IMG/VR virus record: IMGVR_UViG_3300032770_000002
Location: 62,001 to 126,000 of that record
Length of the DNA stretch: 64,000 nt
Direction: 5' to 3' (one strand)
Shown one piece after another: positions 1-9,473 of the stretch. Every line of letters begins with the position of its first letter. Positions within the stretch are counted from its first letter, which is position 1. The notes under the pieces were generated by a model. The model was not told where the DNA came from and did not search any database. It worked only from the letters and a program-made list of their open reading frames with translations. The translations under genes and the position numbers were made by a program.

Positions 1-1329
1 ACGCCCATTGAGCGCGTTGCGATCAACAAAAACGGCCACCTTGAGGAGCTGTGGTATCCATTCGACATCTTGCACTTTCGCCGCCTCGCCAGAAACCGAG
101 AGACTGAACATGGTGAGCCCATCTGTGCGGAAGCCGAAGGCATCTATCGAAAGCTGCGAATGGGCCTTGACCAGATGGTCGTTCACCGGTGCCAGGTTCA
201 GCCCGACCGATACGTCATTAACATTGACACGCAAGAGCAACCGCCGACAGAGCAGATCAAGACGGTCAATGCGTGGCGGCGGTCGATGCGTTCACGCCAG
301 TCATTCGGCCAGGGCGGCGGGACCAACCTCAGTGACCCAACAGACTTTCGGTCATTCTACAACCCACTCGCGTTGGACACCATTCTGTGGGTGGCGAAGC
401 CAAAAGGATTTGAGCACTCGATTACCAAACTTGGCGGAACGACACAAGTTCCTGACGTCTATGACCTCGAGCTGCTGACCGACCTATTTTTTTCGATTGT
501 TGGCGCGCCGAAGATGTGGTTCGGCCTTGGGTCAAAAGATGGCGAGAACCCACCTTCTGGCCGAGCGTTGCTTGCGTCAGACATTCGCTCACTGCGCAAG
601 GTTCGGTCGATTCGCCGCCCGCTTCTTGCCGGTTACCTGTGGCTTGGCTACTTCCACGCTGTGCTGCGTGGCAAGGACCCAAGGGAGTTGACGATTAACG
701 TCAAGATGAGCGACATCGGCGGCCTCGAGGACCAGATGAAGCTCGAGCTGTTGAACTCAAAGGCCGAACTTCTCGCCTCGCTCGGCGGTGTGATGGAGCA
801 ATATAACTTGCCAAAAGACGCTTGGATTGACTTGGTCTTTCGCCGCTACCTTCACCTCCCTGATGAGGTGGTCAACACGTTCTTGACTGCGCTGCCTTCA
901 CCAATGCAGCCCATGGAGATGGAGTCCATCGCCAGTGGCCAGTTCAAGAACGTTTCGACGCGAGCGTTGCTTGACGCGATCGACATTCAAATTCGCAACA
1001 ACCCCAGGTGCCGCGGTCTAGTTCGTCAGATCAAACAGCTGGTTGAAGGTGAGGAGGACGGCTTGACCCCGCTTCCACGCTACGAGTCAGTCGAAGACGT
1101 CCTGTCAATGGGTCAAACCTTGAACGAGGAAGTCGTCAAGTCACCTGAAGACAGCTATCGCCTCAGCTTGATTGAACGCAACGACAACGCCGCGTCAGAC
1201 GCGAAGCGTAAAATCCACTTCCTCCAAGACTCAAAGATGACAAATGGCAACGGTTCCCAGAAGACGGTCTGGGAGTCAACGAGCTGGCGCAAGTTCATGC
1301 CGAAGCGGACCACGCAACTTCACGGATGA
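1..1329 (+). CDS. Portal vertex protein, T4 gp20-like (5' truncated by window edge)
   Basis: Frame 1 is open from base 1 (TPIERVAINK...WYPFDILHFRR). Segments RYVINID, LWVAKPKG-FEHSITKLGG...DLE and DIRSLRKVRSIRR parallel the gp20 pattern (RVFYIDVG, FWLPRREG...EITTLPGG...DIE, ELKFTKFVGRLRK). Confidence 0.72.
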   Translation, partial: TPIERVAINKNGHLEELWYPFDILHFRRLARNRETEHGEPICAEAEGIYRKLRMGLDQMVVHRCQVQPDRYVINIDTQEQPPTEQIKTVNAWRRSMRSRQSFGQGGGTNLSDPTDFRSFYNPLALDTILWVAKPKGFEHSITKLGGTTQVPDVYDLELLTDLFFSIVGAPKMWFGLGSKDGENPPSGRALLASDIRSLRKVRSIRRPLLAGYLWLGYFHAVLRGKDPRELTINVKMSDIGGLEDQMKLELLNSKAELLASLGGVMEQYNLPKDAWIDLVFRRYLHLPDEVVNTFLTALPSPMQPMEMESIASGQFKNVSTRALLDAIDIQIRNNPRCRGLVRQIKQLVEGEEDGLTPLPRYESVEDVLSMGQTLNEEVVKSPEDSYRLSLIERNDNAASDAKRKIHFLQDSKMTNGNGSQKTVWESTSWRKFMPKRTTQLHG

Positions 1330-2024
1330 TCACGATTACCCACAGCGAGACGCTTGTTGGCCGCAAGCTGGCCGTTCAACTGGCCGCGACGGACGACGTT
1401 GTCCTATACACCAATGCCCTGGACGTCAGCATCTCGTGGGGCGACGGAACGGCCGTCCAGGTAATCTCAGGGTTTAGCCCATTTGAGTCGGCCGTTTACC
1501 ACACTTTTCAGGCCGACGGGCTCTACCTCATCCAAGTCACGGCCAAAAATCACCGCGCTCCAACCCCAGATGCCTCAACAGTCAGCATTCCACTGACCAT
1601 TCGAACGCGCCCGCCCATTCAGCTGTCCACGCAGGTTTCAAATGGGTTCATCTTTGGCCCAATCATTCCACTTCAGCGTCGATTTCCAAATCAAGACCAG
1701 TGGTGTTTCAACATTGGCAGTGACTTGCAGGTGCTTGAGTCAAATGTGACGCTCCTGGCCTTGACGTCATACGGTGAGCGCTTGATGAACCCGACATACG
1801 GGACGGGGTTGCGCCAGCTTATTTTTGAAAAGGACCTGCAGTTTGTCGAGACTGTCGGCAAGGAGCAGCTAAGCATTGCCGTCAATCAATTCGAGCCTCG
1901 AGTCAACGTCGAGTCCGTCACGGTCAAGAGCCTCAGCGACACGTCGGCCATGATCACGCTGCAGATTTCCCCGAAGGACAATCTTGGCCAAGCAATCGAG
2001 ATTAGTTCAACGCTTTCTCAATGA
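1326..2024 (+). CDS. PKD-like domain fused to baseplate wedge gp25/GPW domain
   Basis: N-terminal ISWGDGT...HTFQADGLYLIQVTA (PKD motif). C-terminal LTSYGERLMNPTYGTGLRQLIFE...AVNQFEPRV (gp25 motif). Confidence 0.85.
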   Translation: MITITHSETLVGRKLAVQLAATDDVVLYTNALDVSISWGDGTAVQVISGFSPFESAVYHTFQADGLYLIQVTAKNHRAPTPDASTVSIPLTIRTRPPIQLSTQVSNGFIFGPIIPLQRRFPNQDQWCFNIGSDLQVLESNVTLLALTSYGERLMNPTYGTGLRQLIFEKDLQFVETVGKEQLSIAVNQFEPRVNVESVTVKSLSDTSAMITLQISPKDNLGQAIEISSTLSQ

Positions 2025-2359
2025 GCACAACGGTCAACCCACCTAAGCGAAAAGCCGTCACGCGAAATGACTTTATTCGACGATTTCACCACTGTGGTCT
2101 GACCTACCGCCAGGCGACTGAGATTTATGACCAAGTCATTGACTTGGTAGGCGTCGCCGTCTTGAACCGGCAGCAGGTTGAGTTTGGAAAGGTCGGCAAG
2201 ATAGTTCCGATCGTGGCTCCGTCTAAGACGGTCAGCATGAATTTTCCAAATCGTCGGAGACAGATCATTTTGGGTCAGAGGATTCGGTTCAAGTTTAAGG
2301 TTCACCGAGCATTCCTTGAAAACCACCCGATTGACTGGTGGCCGCGCGGTGCTATTTAA
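2021..2359 (+). CDS. HU/IHF-like DNA-binding protein
   Basis: VTRNDFI...[18 protein letters not shown] helices, VEFGKVGKI, arm region and [11 protein letters not shown] resemble the HU fold; 112 aa, basic. Confidence 0.65.
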   Translation: MSTTVNPPKRKAVTRNDFIRRFHHCGLTYRQATEIYDQVIDLVGVAVLNRQQVEFGKVGKIVPIVAPSKTVSMNFPNRRRQIILGQRIRFKFKVHRAFLENHPIDWWPRGAI

Positions 2360-2364
2360 CCCAT

Positions 2365-3513
2365 ATGGACCAGATCAACACGGTCAATCTTCCGTCGGCT
2401 GGCGGCATTGACTTTAACCAAGGCGACGTTCGCCACATCGGGCCGACGTCAGCATTGGACTGGGAGTCAATTTCATTTGCCACACGGTGCCTTGCCAAGC
2501 GTGACGCCATATTGCGTGACGCGCTTAACACCGTCATTGCGTCATGGAACAATTTTGAGCCGCCTGTCTACCTGCCAATCGTAAAGACGCGCATCCGCGT
2601 TGGAGGGACCGAGCAGGTCTCAAACTACCGCATTCCAGACGGCTATCAGGCCCGTGTCAGCAACGCCATCGTGGCGTCAGTTCCGGCCAACTCAGTCAGG
2701 CTGGACGTCCTCTATAGCACCAACACGTTTGGGGCCAGTTCTGGCACGACCATAGCGACCACGGCGACCGAGTTGACGTCTCCGACGGCATTCTTCAATG
2801 GACCTGGTGAGCTCATTGTGGTGTTGACCAACATTGGGACGTCTGACGCTGACGTGGTTGGAAGCATCCTCGTCGGTGTGCGCTCACTCGTCGTTGAGCG
2901 AAGCCAGCTTTCAGCCATCACGATTTCCAACACCACGCAGGTGGTTGTTGGGCCAAAGGGCGACCAAGGGCCGCGTGGCCTTCAGGGCGACCAAGGGCCG
3001 CGGGGTTACCAGGGAATACAGGGCCCGCAGGGGTCGATTGGTCCAGCGGGGATACAAGGGCCACAAGGTTCGATCGGTCCAGCAGGAAGTGGGATCACGG
3101 CCACGACCGCGGCGGTCTCTGGAACGTTGATCGCGTGGGATGACTTTTCATCGACCAGCTCACCCTACCTCGACTACCAGTCCGGTGGCACTATCGGTGG
3201 AACGTATTACCTGCCGATGCAGCAGACCAAGGTGGCTGGCGACACGACGTCGCTGGACATGCTGATGTGGACATACCACCACATCTTCAGTGGCTCAGTC
3301 CTTGTCAGGCTTCCGACGCAGGCCTATGGGGCCGACATTGACTGGAGTGTGTCGCAGACAGTTTGCATCGCCGTGGCGAGCACGGTTGGCGGCGATGTCA
3401 CGACTCAGGCCGTTGTGTCACAGTATGACAACAACACCTGGCAGATTGACGTGGACGCTCCGACCGAGCAGCTAGTGGCCGTGACCATTGTCGGTCAGAT
3501 TGCGGTCATTTGA
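2365..3513 (+). CDS. Collagen-repeat virion fibre/structural protein
   Basis: 15 Gly-X-Y triplets; T/S/G-rich beta-type sequence; next to portal and baseplate genes. ATG 2365 preferred over 2338. Confidence 0.7.
   Translation: MDQINTVNLPSAGGIDFNQGDVRHIGPTSALDWESISFATRCLAKRDAILRDALNTVIASWNNFEPPVYLPIVKTRIRVGGTEQVSNYRIPDGYQARVSNAIVASVPANSVRLDVLYSTNTFGASSGTTIATTATELTSPTAFFNGPGELIVVLTNIGTSDADVVGSILVGVRSLVVERSQLSAITISNTTQVVVGPKGDQGPRGLQGDQGPRGYQGIQGPQGSIGPAGIQGPQGSIGPAGSGITATTAAVSGTLIAWDDFSSTSSPYLDYQSGGTIGGTYYLPMQQTKVAGDTTSLDMLMWTYHHIFSGSVLVRLPTQAYGADIDWSVSQTVCIAVASTVGGDVTTQAVVSQYDNNTWQIDVDAPTEQLVAVTIVGQIAVI
2950..3084 (+). repeat. Collagen G-X-Y coding repeat ([45 protein letters not shown])
   Basis: Seen directly; includes a duplicated GGCGACCAAGGGCCGCG. 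Confidence 0.95.
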
Positions 3514-4632
3514 CATGGCCCGTTCAACGGCTGAGATGACGTCAGCCGGTTGAATGTGTGAGATGACTTCACACTGGTTTCTAGGGCCAGTCGTTGACGT
3601 TGGGCAGAAGTGCGGGAAGTTTTGCAGGAAAGTGTAGCATGGGCAGTGCGGGCAAGCTTCCTTTGGCCAAACTGGGTGGTGATTTTTATAGTAGGCCACA
3701 CGAGAGTCTGGGTTGGTCGGTCCCCACAGCCCAACACACGGAACTTCAAGGACTCCAGCGATGTGGACCATCATGCTGTCTGGGCACACCACGACCTTGG
3801 CCCGTTGCGCAAGCGCCCACAGGAGCCTGAGTTTTCGCGTGAAGCAAATCTGAATGTTTTCAGGGAGCGCGTCCTTGGTTAGCTCCTTCCGGTGGCTTTC
3901 ACCCATGAGGTTGTCGTGGATGGCGACCCAAGCTATGGTCGGAAATGTTTCAGCGAGCTTTTTCAAGAGGTAAACGCTCTCAGACGCAATCAATGACCGA
4001 GTTACCGAGCCACTGTGCAGCTGAAAGATTGCGACGTGCTGCCCTTTAAACAGGGCCGCCTCTTCGTCCATCTCAGCCGCTGAGAAAAATGGCTTGACTG
4101 ACTTCCTGCTTACGTCAATAGTCGTTGGGTCAATGCCGATCTTGTGGAGCATTGCGTCCACCGGGTGGGCCTGGTCTTGGTGTTCGTCCATGTTTGAGAC
4201 GATCTCAAAGAAGGCGTGGTGGTCAAACAGCTCGAGCATTGAAAATTGAATTGGAAGAACGTGAATGCCCTTGACCCACGGAAACAGCTGCCAGCAAATG
4301 TCGTTTCCAGGGTCGGCTAGGACGTGCACCTCGTAGCCATAGTCATCGAGGATCTTGGAGATTGGCCACGTCAAAATTTGGTCGCCAAAACCTCCGCACC
4401 CGTTATACAGAAGGACCCGGCCCCGCTTGGGGTCGTTGACGTTGAAGTTTTTCAACCTTGGCTCGAGGGACGAAGACCGGAACACCTTTCCTTTGACTTG
4501 CGGGAGCGTTAGGGCCGCGTGCTGCGGTCTGGCGAAGACGTAAGGAACGTAAGGGTGACACGTGACCGGGAATGTTCCGATGCTTCGCGTAAATGCGAGG
4601 TTCACTGTGTCCGACATTGTCAACAGATTCAT
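3472..4632 (-). CDS. Glycosyltransferase family 9 (heptosyltransferase-like)
   Basis: [11 protein letters not shown] (GDxv motif), [29 protein letters not shown], Cys-rich CPHCPC...C...C tail. Confidence 0.88.
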   Translation of the reverse strand: MNLLTMSDTVNLAFTRSIGTFPVTCHPYVPYVFARPQHAALTLPQVKGKVFRSSSLEPRLKNFNVNDPKRGRVLLYNGCGGFGDQILTWPISKILDDYGYEVHVLADPGNDICWQLFPWVKGIHVLPIQFSMLELFDHHAFFEIVSNMDEHQDQAHPVDAMLHKIGIDPTTIDVSRKSVKPFFSAAEMDEEAALFKGQHVAIFQLHSGSVTRSLIASESVYLLKKLAETFPTIAWVAIHDNLMGESHRKELTKDALPENIQICFTRKLRLLWALAQRAKVVVCPDSMMVHIAGVLEVPCVGLWGPTNPDSRVAYYKNHHPVWPKEACPHCPCYTFLQNFPHFCPTSTTGPRNQCEVISHIQPADVISAVERAMSNDRNLTDNGHGH

Positions 4633-4880
4633 GGTAATTTCGTCCGCGTGGTGTCAGTTCAAAGTTTTCAACTGGGCCTAGTTTTTCAACGTCGTCCATG
4701 TCATTTAACACGTCGCTGTCTTTGTTCAAACATCGAATTAGCCTGCGATGACGCATTGCTAGCCGGATGTTGTCATCGTTTGGTTCTGCTCGGCGGCGGC
4801 GAATTAGCGCAATGAGCCGATCAAGTGGCGACGGTCGAGTCACAGGTTAAGTTACGACACGATACCTAGAACAGAAACTT

Positions 4881-5399
4881 ATGCACATCACGAAAGTCAA
4901 CGACAGCTACGACGATTACAAGATGGAGTTGAGCTGGTCGGAGCTGAAGGCCATTGAGGGCGCGCTTTCACAGCACCACGTTGGGGCCATTGCTGACGAG
5001 ACTTATGCCAGGTTGAAATTTTACATGCCCCGTCTGCCCGGTCCTGGCCAAGAGAAGGAAAAGGGCGATGGCCAGACGTTGGAGCAAACTCGAGCCAAGG
5101 AGGAACTCGCGGCGTCGCGTGAAACCACGCCGCAGGAGTTGCTCAATCCAGACGAGGTGCCGATGCCTCCAGGTTCTTCTGAGGGAGCGGAAGCAGGGTC
5201 GCGCGGCGGTGAGAACTTTCCACTGCCTGTAGGTTCGCGTGAGGCCGAAGGGTCACCACCGACACATGAGGAGTCAGCCACAGTTCCAGCGGCCGTCAGG
5301 GTTCCAGCACGAAGCCTCGTTGAATCGACGAGTGAGATTACCGTCGACAGCATTCCAATGCCAGGTAGTCGACCGGGCAGTCTACGACGCTTGTTCTAG
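4881..5399 (+). CDS. Hypothetical acidic/Pro-rich protein
   Basis: 172 aa ORF colinear with neighbours; low-complexity C-terminal half. Confidence 0.6.
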   Translation: MHITKVNDSYDDYKMELSWSELKAIEGALSQHHVGAIADETYARLKFYMPRLPGPGQEKEKGDGQTLEQTRAKEELAASRETTPQELLNPDEVPMPPGSSEGAEAGSRGGENFPLPVGSREAEGSPPTHEESATVPAAVRVPARSLVESTSEITVDSIPMPGSRPGSLRRLF

Positions 5400-5406
5400 C
5401 CATTGA

Positions 5407-6033
5407 ATGGAGTCCAAAGCGGTCATCGCCGAGTCAGCGGCGGAGTCGGCGACCAACCAGTTGCTCGACTTAAGCGAGCTGTTTACAGTCCACGTCAATT
5501 CTGGCCTTGAAGCCCACTCTGATTCCCTGCTTTTGACCGGAGTCCCGTGGAAGGACAACAACGGCATCGTTGTAACTCCCGACACGTTTCGTTTCCGAAC
5601 TGTCACACAGTCTGGAACGCTTGTCCTCTTGGACATGCCGATCTTTGCCCTTGGCTCCACCGTCCTGAACAACCCAATCACTGAGCCTGCACCGCCTGGA
5701 GCTCCACAGACTGGCTTACGTCCAACGACGTTCGACGCGACGACAACCGTGGCGGGAACACTTTCGCCAACGTCGTTGATCACTGAGGCCGAAATTGACG
5801 AGTTTCAAGACGCCATCAACCAGCTTGAAACAGCCATTCGGGCGCACGTCATCGCAGCCATTGGGAACGTCCACGTTCCAGGTGGTGAGGAGGTCGCCAT
5901 CACGAGCGGCACGAACTACACCAACTCTGACCACGTCGGCCTCGGCAATGCCCTTGTGGTCATCACGTTCAACCCGACGCCTCCGGCCGTTCAGCCAACG
6001 GTGCTTAACATTCCAGCAAGGATAGTGGTATGA
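5407..6033 (+). CDS. Hypothetical, probable virion protein (N-terminus MESKAVIAE)
   Basis: 208 aa, T/P/A-rich; stop overlaps next start. Confidence 0.6.
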   Translation: MESKAVIAESAAESATNQLLDLSELFTVHVNSGLEAHSDSLLLTGVPWKDNNGIVVTPDTFRFRTVTQSGTLVLLDMPIFALGSTVLNNPITEPAPPGAPQTGLRPTTFDATTTVAGTLSPTSLITEAEIDEFQDAINQLETAIRAHVIAAIGNVHVPGGEEVAITSGTNYTNSDHVGLGNALVVITFNPTPPAVQPTVLNIPARIVV

Positions 6034-7133
6034 CTGAACGACGTGTTGGACTGGCGACTGAGAACATTGTCAGCAGCGTCCCGATTCTCATTGACACGCT
6101 TAATGGACAGTTAGCGGACCACAGCCGACTGGACATTGGAAACTCACACGGTGGCTTAGCGGCCGCTCCGCTTAGTCTTTACGACGAAAACACGAATTGG
6201 TATGATTCAAACCACGCCGTTCGTGGAAAGAAGGTAGGGACGTATGGGATTCAGGTCTTGATCGGCGGGCAGAAGTGGCTGTTCCCGGCGGCCATTGACG
6301 CAACTGGCCCTGGTAAAGTTCCTCGGCTTGGGGCATTCAGCCCTTCGTTTTTCAGCTGGTCAACGACCGGTCCAGGTGAGTCGTTTTACAATGAATTTCA
6401 CCCTACGCCCAATGTCTTGGGTGGCACTGGGCCGTTTACGTATCACTACGACTACTACCTCAATGGCAATTGGATTACGTGGCCGTCAGTCGAACAGGGC
6501 GGCGCTCCTGCAACGCTCTTTTTCACGGATGGAACTGGATTCTACGGGCAGTATAGCGGTAGCAACGGGGTCATCACGTTTGGTGGCGGTGGCGACGGCA
6601 CCCACACATTCATTGCCAGGTTGACCGTGACCAATGCTTACGGCAAGGCGGACACGATCTGGCCCGATAACACGACGGCGTGCACGTTTCAATATCAGTT
6701 CACGCACAACCCGAGTGGAAGCTGGATCATCTTCGAGACGAACAAGGTCAGGCAGCTAAGCAGCACTGAGATTTTTCGAGTTCACAAGTTGAAGTCGTGG
6801 GCCACAAAACACCACCCCGTTGAGACGGCCTTTTACACTGGCCCAGATGGAAAACGCCTTGTGGAGCGGATGGTTGCGGCCAACCATGACTTTAATACCA
6901 CTCTTCCCGTCGTGGAGGTCATCCTCAGCGACGCTTCTTACGAAGACCGATTCGCGGCCTTTAGGGACCTTGTGCTTGAGTCAGTGGCGAGATACTGGCC
7001 AGAGTGCCAACACCCAGTTTGGCTTGTAAACAAGCCAAGAATTTTGCACCAAATCAGGATGGGCCAGTTGGCTACACCGCTTCTTCAAACGACTTCAGGC
7101 CCGGTTCGATTGGAACCCACCGATTCCCTTTAA
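6030..7133 (+). CDS. Probable virion protein with G/T-rich beta domain and helical C-terminal module
   Basis: 367 aa ORF; G/T/Y-rich middle, then GSWIIFE...FYTGPDGKRLVERM. Confidence 0.6.
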   Translation: MTERRVGLATENIVSSVPILIDTLNGQLADHSRLDIGNSHGGLAAAPLSLYDENTNWYDSNHAVRGKKVGTYGIQVLIGGQKWLFPAAIDATGPGKVPRLGAFSPSFFSWSTTGPGESFYNEFHPTPNVLGGTGPFTYHYDYYLNGNWITWPSVEQGGAPATLFFTDGTGFYGQYSGSNGVITFGGGGDGTHTFIARLTVTNAYGKADTIWPDNTTACTFQYQFTHNPSGSWIIFETNKVRQLSSTEIFRVHKLKSWATKHHPVETAFYTGPDGKRLVERMVAANHDFNTTLPVVEVILSDASYEDRFAAFRDLVLESVARYWPECQHPVWLVNKPRILHQIRMGQLATPLLQTTSGPVRLEPTDSL

Positions 7134-7701
7134 GTTCGCGGCCCGTTCCACGGTCAACGAATCGTAGTCGGCCAGAGTCGTCGGTCATGAACTCCCACTC
7201 GGTTGACTTGTCACCGCGAGGTTGGTCCTTGATCAGGTCAAAGCCGGTTTGGCGTGCAACGATGCCGCGTTGTTCCAGGAATTTTAGCTGAGCTTCGACT
7301 TGCTCAGGCGGAGTGGCGTGGGCAATGGCTAGATTCGGCCTGCTTGACTTTGCCAGCAACACCACCTTATAGGCCGTCGGGAACATGCGCCTGAAGGCGC
7401 TTAAGTTTTGAACGGTCACGTCGACAAGACCTTTGGCCTTGTTGTCGACATTCAGCAGCACTTCATTGCCAAACAGGTCAATGGCCTTGTAGCCAACGAT
7501 GGCCGTGGCAAACGGGTGGTGCAGTGTGGCGGTTCGACCACCGACAACGGTCGTGACGTAAGCTTGATTGGCGCGAACTCCACCGCCTGGCGGTAAGATT
7601 GGGGTCTTGTCAAGTTCCTTGTGAACGTGCGTAATGGCCGGTTTGATTGAAAAAGCCGCTCCGGCCAACGCCAGTGACTTGATAAAAGTTCGACGTTTCA
7701 T
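7072..7701 (-). CDS. Hypothetical protein with twin-arginine (Tat)-like signal
   Basis: MKRRTFIKSLALAGAAFSIKPA matches RRxFLK plus a hydrophobic stretch; ATG at 7701. Confidence 0.6.
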   Translation of the reverse strand: MKRRTFIKSLALAGAAFSIKPAITHVHKELDKTPILPPGGGVRANQAYVTTVVGGRTATLHHPFATAIVGYKAIDLFGNEVLLNVDNKAKGLVDVTVQNLSAFRRMFPTAYKVVLLAKSSRPNLAIAHATPPEQVEAQLKFLEQRGIVARQTGFDLIKDQPRGDKSTEWEFMTDDSGRLRFVDRGTGRELKGNRWVPIEPGLKSFEEAV

Positions 7702-7732
7702 AGTGTGATTATACATCACTTTTGATTATACA

Positions 7733-9466
7733 TTGCTAGAACAATTCTTTTCTGGTGTGGTCAAGATCAAAGAATCGGCGATCAAGATTTACCTTTCGGG
7801 TGAAAGGGCCGAAATCTACCAAATCTGTGATGGGCTGAAGTTTCGGCCACCCGACTACTGGCGTTCGGACGCCTACGTCCTCTACAAGCAAAGTGGTGGA
7901 AAGGTGGGGTGGAACGGATACACGTATCCAATCAAGTTCGTGCCTGGCACGAAGGACAGGGCCGTCGGCCTTCGTGGTTTTTTGGGCGACGTCAAGTCAC
8001 TATGCTCAGCTCACTCCATCACGCTTGACCTCTCGCAGTGTATGACCAGTCCATTTGCTGGCATGACAGTTGATGACATCCCTGACGACGTCATCAAGGC
8101 CCCGTTCCTTCTCGACTACAACCAGCTCCGGTGCATCGTGGCTTGGTTGACTGAGGCCAACGGGGTTTGCCACGCGGCCGTCTCGTCAGGAAAGACGGCG
8201 ATGTTTGCCGCGGCGGCTGAGATGGTCTTGCGCAAGTTTCCAACGGCTAGGCTGCTCTATTTCACGCCAACTGAGCGGCTCGTCCGGCAGAGCTTCGCTG
8301 AGATGAAGAAGTTCCTTCCAGGCCGCTCAATCAGCCAGTTTGGTGGAGGTGAGCATGACAAAGACGGTCAGATTGTCGTCGCCACGAACGCCATCCTCTG
8401 GAAGCACTTCAAGAACCTGCGTGAGAAGTGGCTTAAGTCGTTCATGGTCGTGCTGGCCGACGAGTCACACCACGTCTGCTCACCGTCAGTTGAGAAGATC
8501 CTGCTCGAGATGCCGGCCTACTTCCGATTCGGCGCGTCTGACTCAAAGAAGGAAGCCGACCCGGTCAAGTATCACAAGATTGTCGGCCTGCTTGGGCCAT
8601 ACCTCGAGACGATTGAGACGAGCGAATTGATTGACGCTGGCCGAACCGCGAGGCCAATCATCTACATCGTCGACGTCCCAGCTTGGAAGGACAAGCACAA
8701 GGAACTGGACCACACGCCACAGCCTGACACTGACGCGTGGGCTTTGATTGGTGGGCAGTGGAAGCGGGGTGTCTACGTCGGGCCTGCATTTGAGCCACAG
8801 GAGAAGCCAAGTGACGAGCCAGTTCGGATTCCGAACGTTCACCTCATCCAGATTGATGGCGAGGTCCTGCAGCTTAACTCACGGTGGTGCCTCCTCAACA
8901 GGCTCTATGACAAGGCCATCATTCGCTTCAAGGAGCGCAATGAGCTCATTGCTCAGTGGGCCGCGCACTATTCAGGGCTTGGCTATCAAACGCTGGTGGT
9001 GGCAACCAGGACGCTCCACGTCTACATCCTGGAGAGCCTCATCGCGCAGAAGGTTCATGGCAGCATGGTCCGCGTGCTGTTTTCAGAGCATGACTCAAAG
9101 GCCCGCGACCAGACGTTTAATTGGCTCAAGAAGACGCCTGGAGCCATCTTAGTCAGTCCGCTGGTCAAGGAGGGTGTCAGCATCAATGAGCTGCGGGCCG
9201 GCGTGATAGCGGACCCGATAGCCGACTTTGAGGTGGCCCGCCAGCTCATTGGGCGGTTCATTCGAAAGAAGGTTGACGGCGTTGACAACGTCGCTCACAT
9301 CACCTGGTTCCTCGACAGGCAGCACCCGACGCTGCGCCAAAATGGGATGAAGTTGTTCAGGTCGCTTGAGACAATCAGGGGATTTACGTTCCTGCACCCA
9401 GTGACGACGCCAGACTCAATTTCAAGCGCCACGCGATTTGAGCCTGTCATTATTCCACGGCCATAG
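7733..9466 (+). CDS. uvsW: SF2 DEAD/DEAH helicase, UvsW-like
   Basis: AAVSSGKT (motif I), LADESHH (motif II), FGASDS, KEGVSI (motif V), RQLIGRFIR (motif VI); N-terminal FRPPDYW..Y..G.WNG segment typical of UvsW. True start may be slightly downstream. Confidence 0.85.
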   Translation: MLEQFFSGVVKIKESAIKIYLSGERAEIYQICDGLKFRPPDYWRSDAYVLYKQSGGKVGWNGYTYPIKFVPGTKDRAVGLRGFLGDVKSLCSAHSITLDLSQCMTSPFAGMTVDDIPDDVIKAPFLLDYNQLRCIVAWLTEANGVCHAAVSSGKTAMFAAAAEMVLRKFPTARLLYFTPTERLVRQSFAEMKKFLPGRSISQFGGGEHDKDGQIVVATNAILWKHFKNLREKWLKSFMVVLADESHHVCSPSVEKILLEMPAYFRFGASDSKKEADPVKYHKIVGLLGPYLETIETSELIDAGRTARPIIYIVDVPAWKDKHKELDHTPQPDTDAWALIGGQWKRGVYVGPAFEPQEKPSDEPVRIPNVHLIQIDGEVLQLNSRWCLLNRLYDKAIIRFKERNELIAQWAAHYSGLGYQTLVVATRTLHVYILESLIAQKVHGSMVRVLFSEHDSKARDQTFNWLKKTPGAILVSPLVKEGVSINELRAGVIADPIADFEVARQLIGRFIRKKVDGVDNVAHITWFLDRQHPTLRQNGMKLFRSLETIRGFTFLHPVTTPDSISSATRFEPVIIPRP

Positions 9467-9473
9467 TTAGTGC

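Noticed and set aside
4403-4843. 146-aa minus ORF upstream of and overlapping GT9
   Set aside because: About 230 nt overlap with GT9 in another frame and no recognisable domain; a short real gene in its 5' part cannot be excluded.
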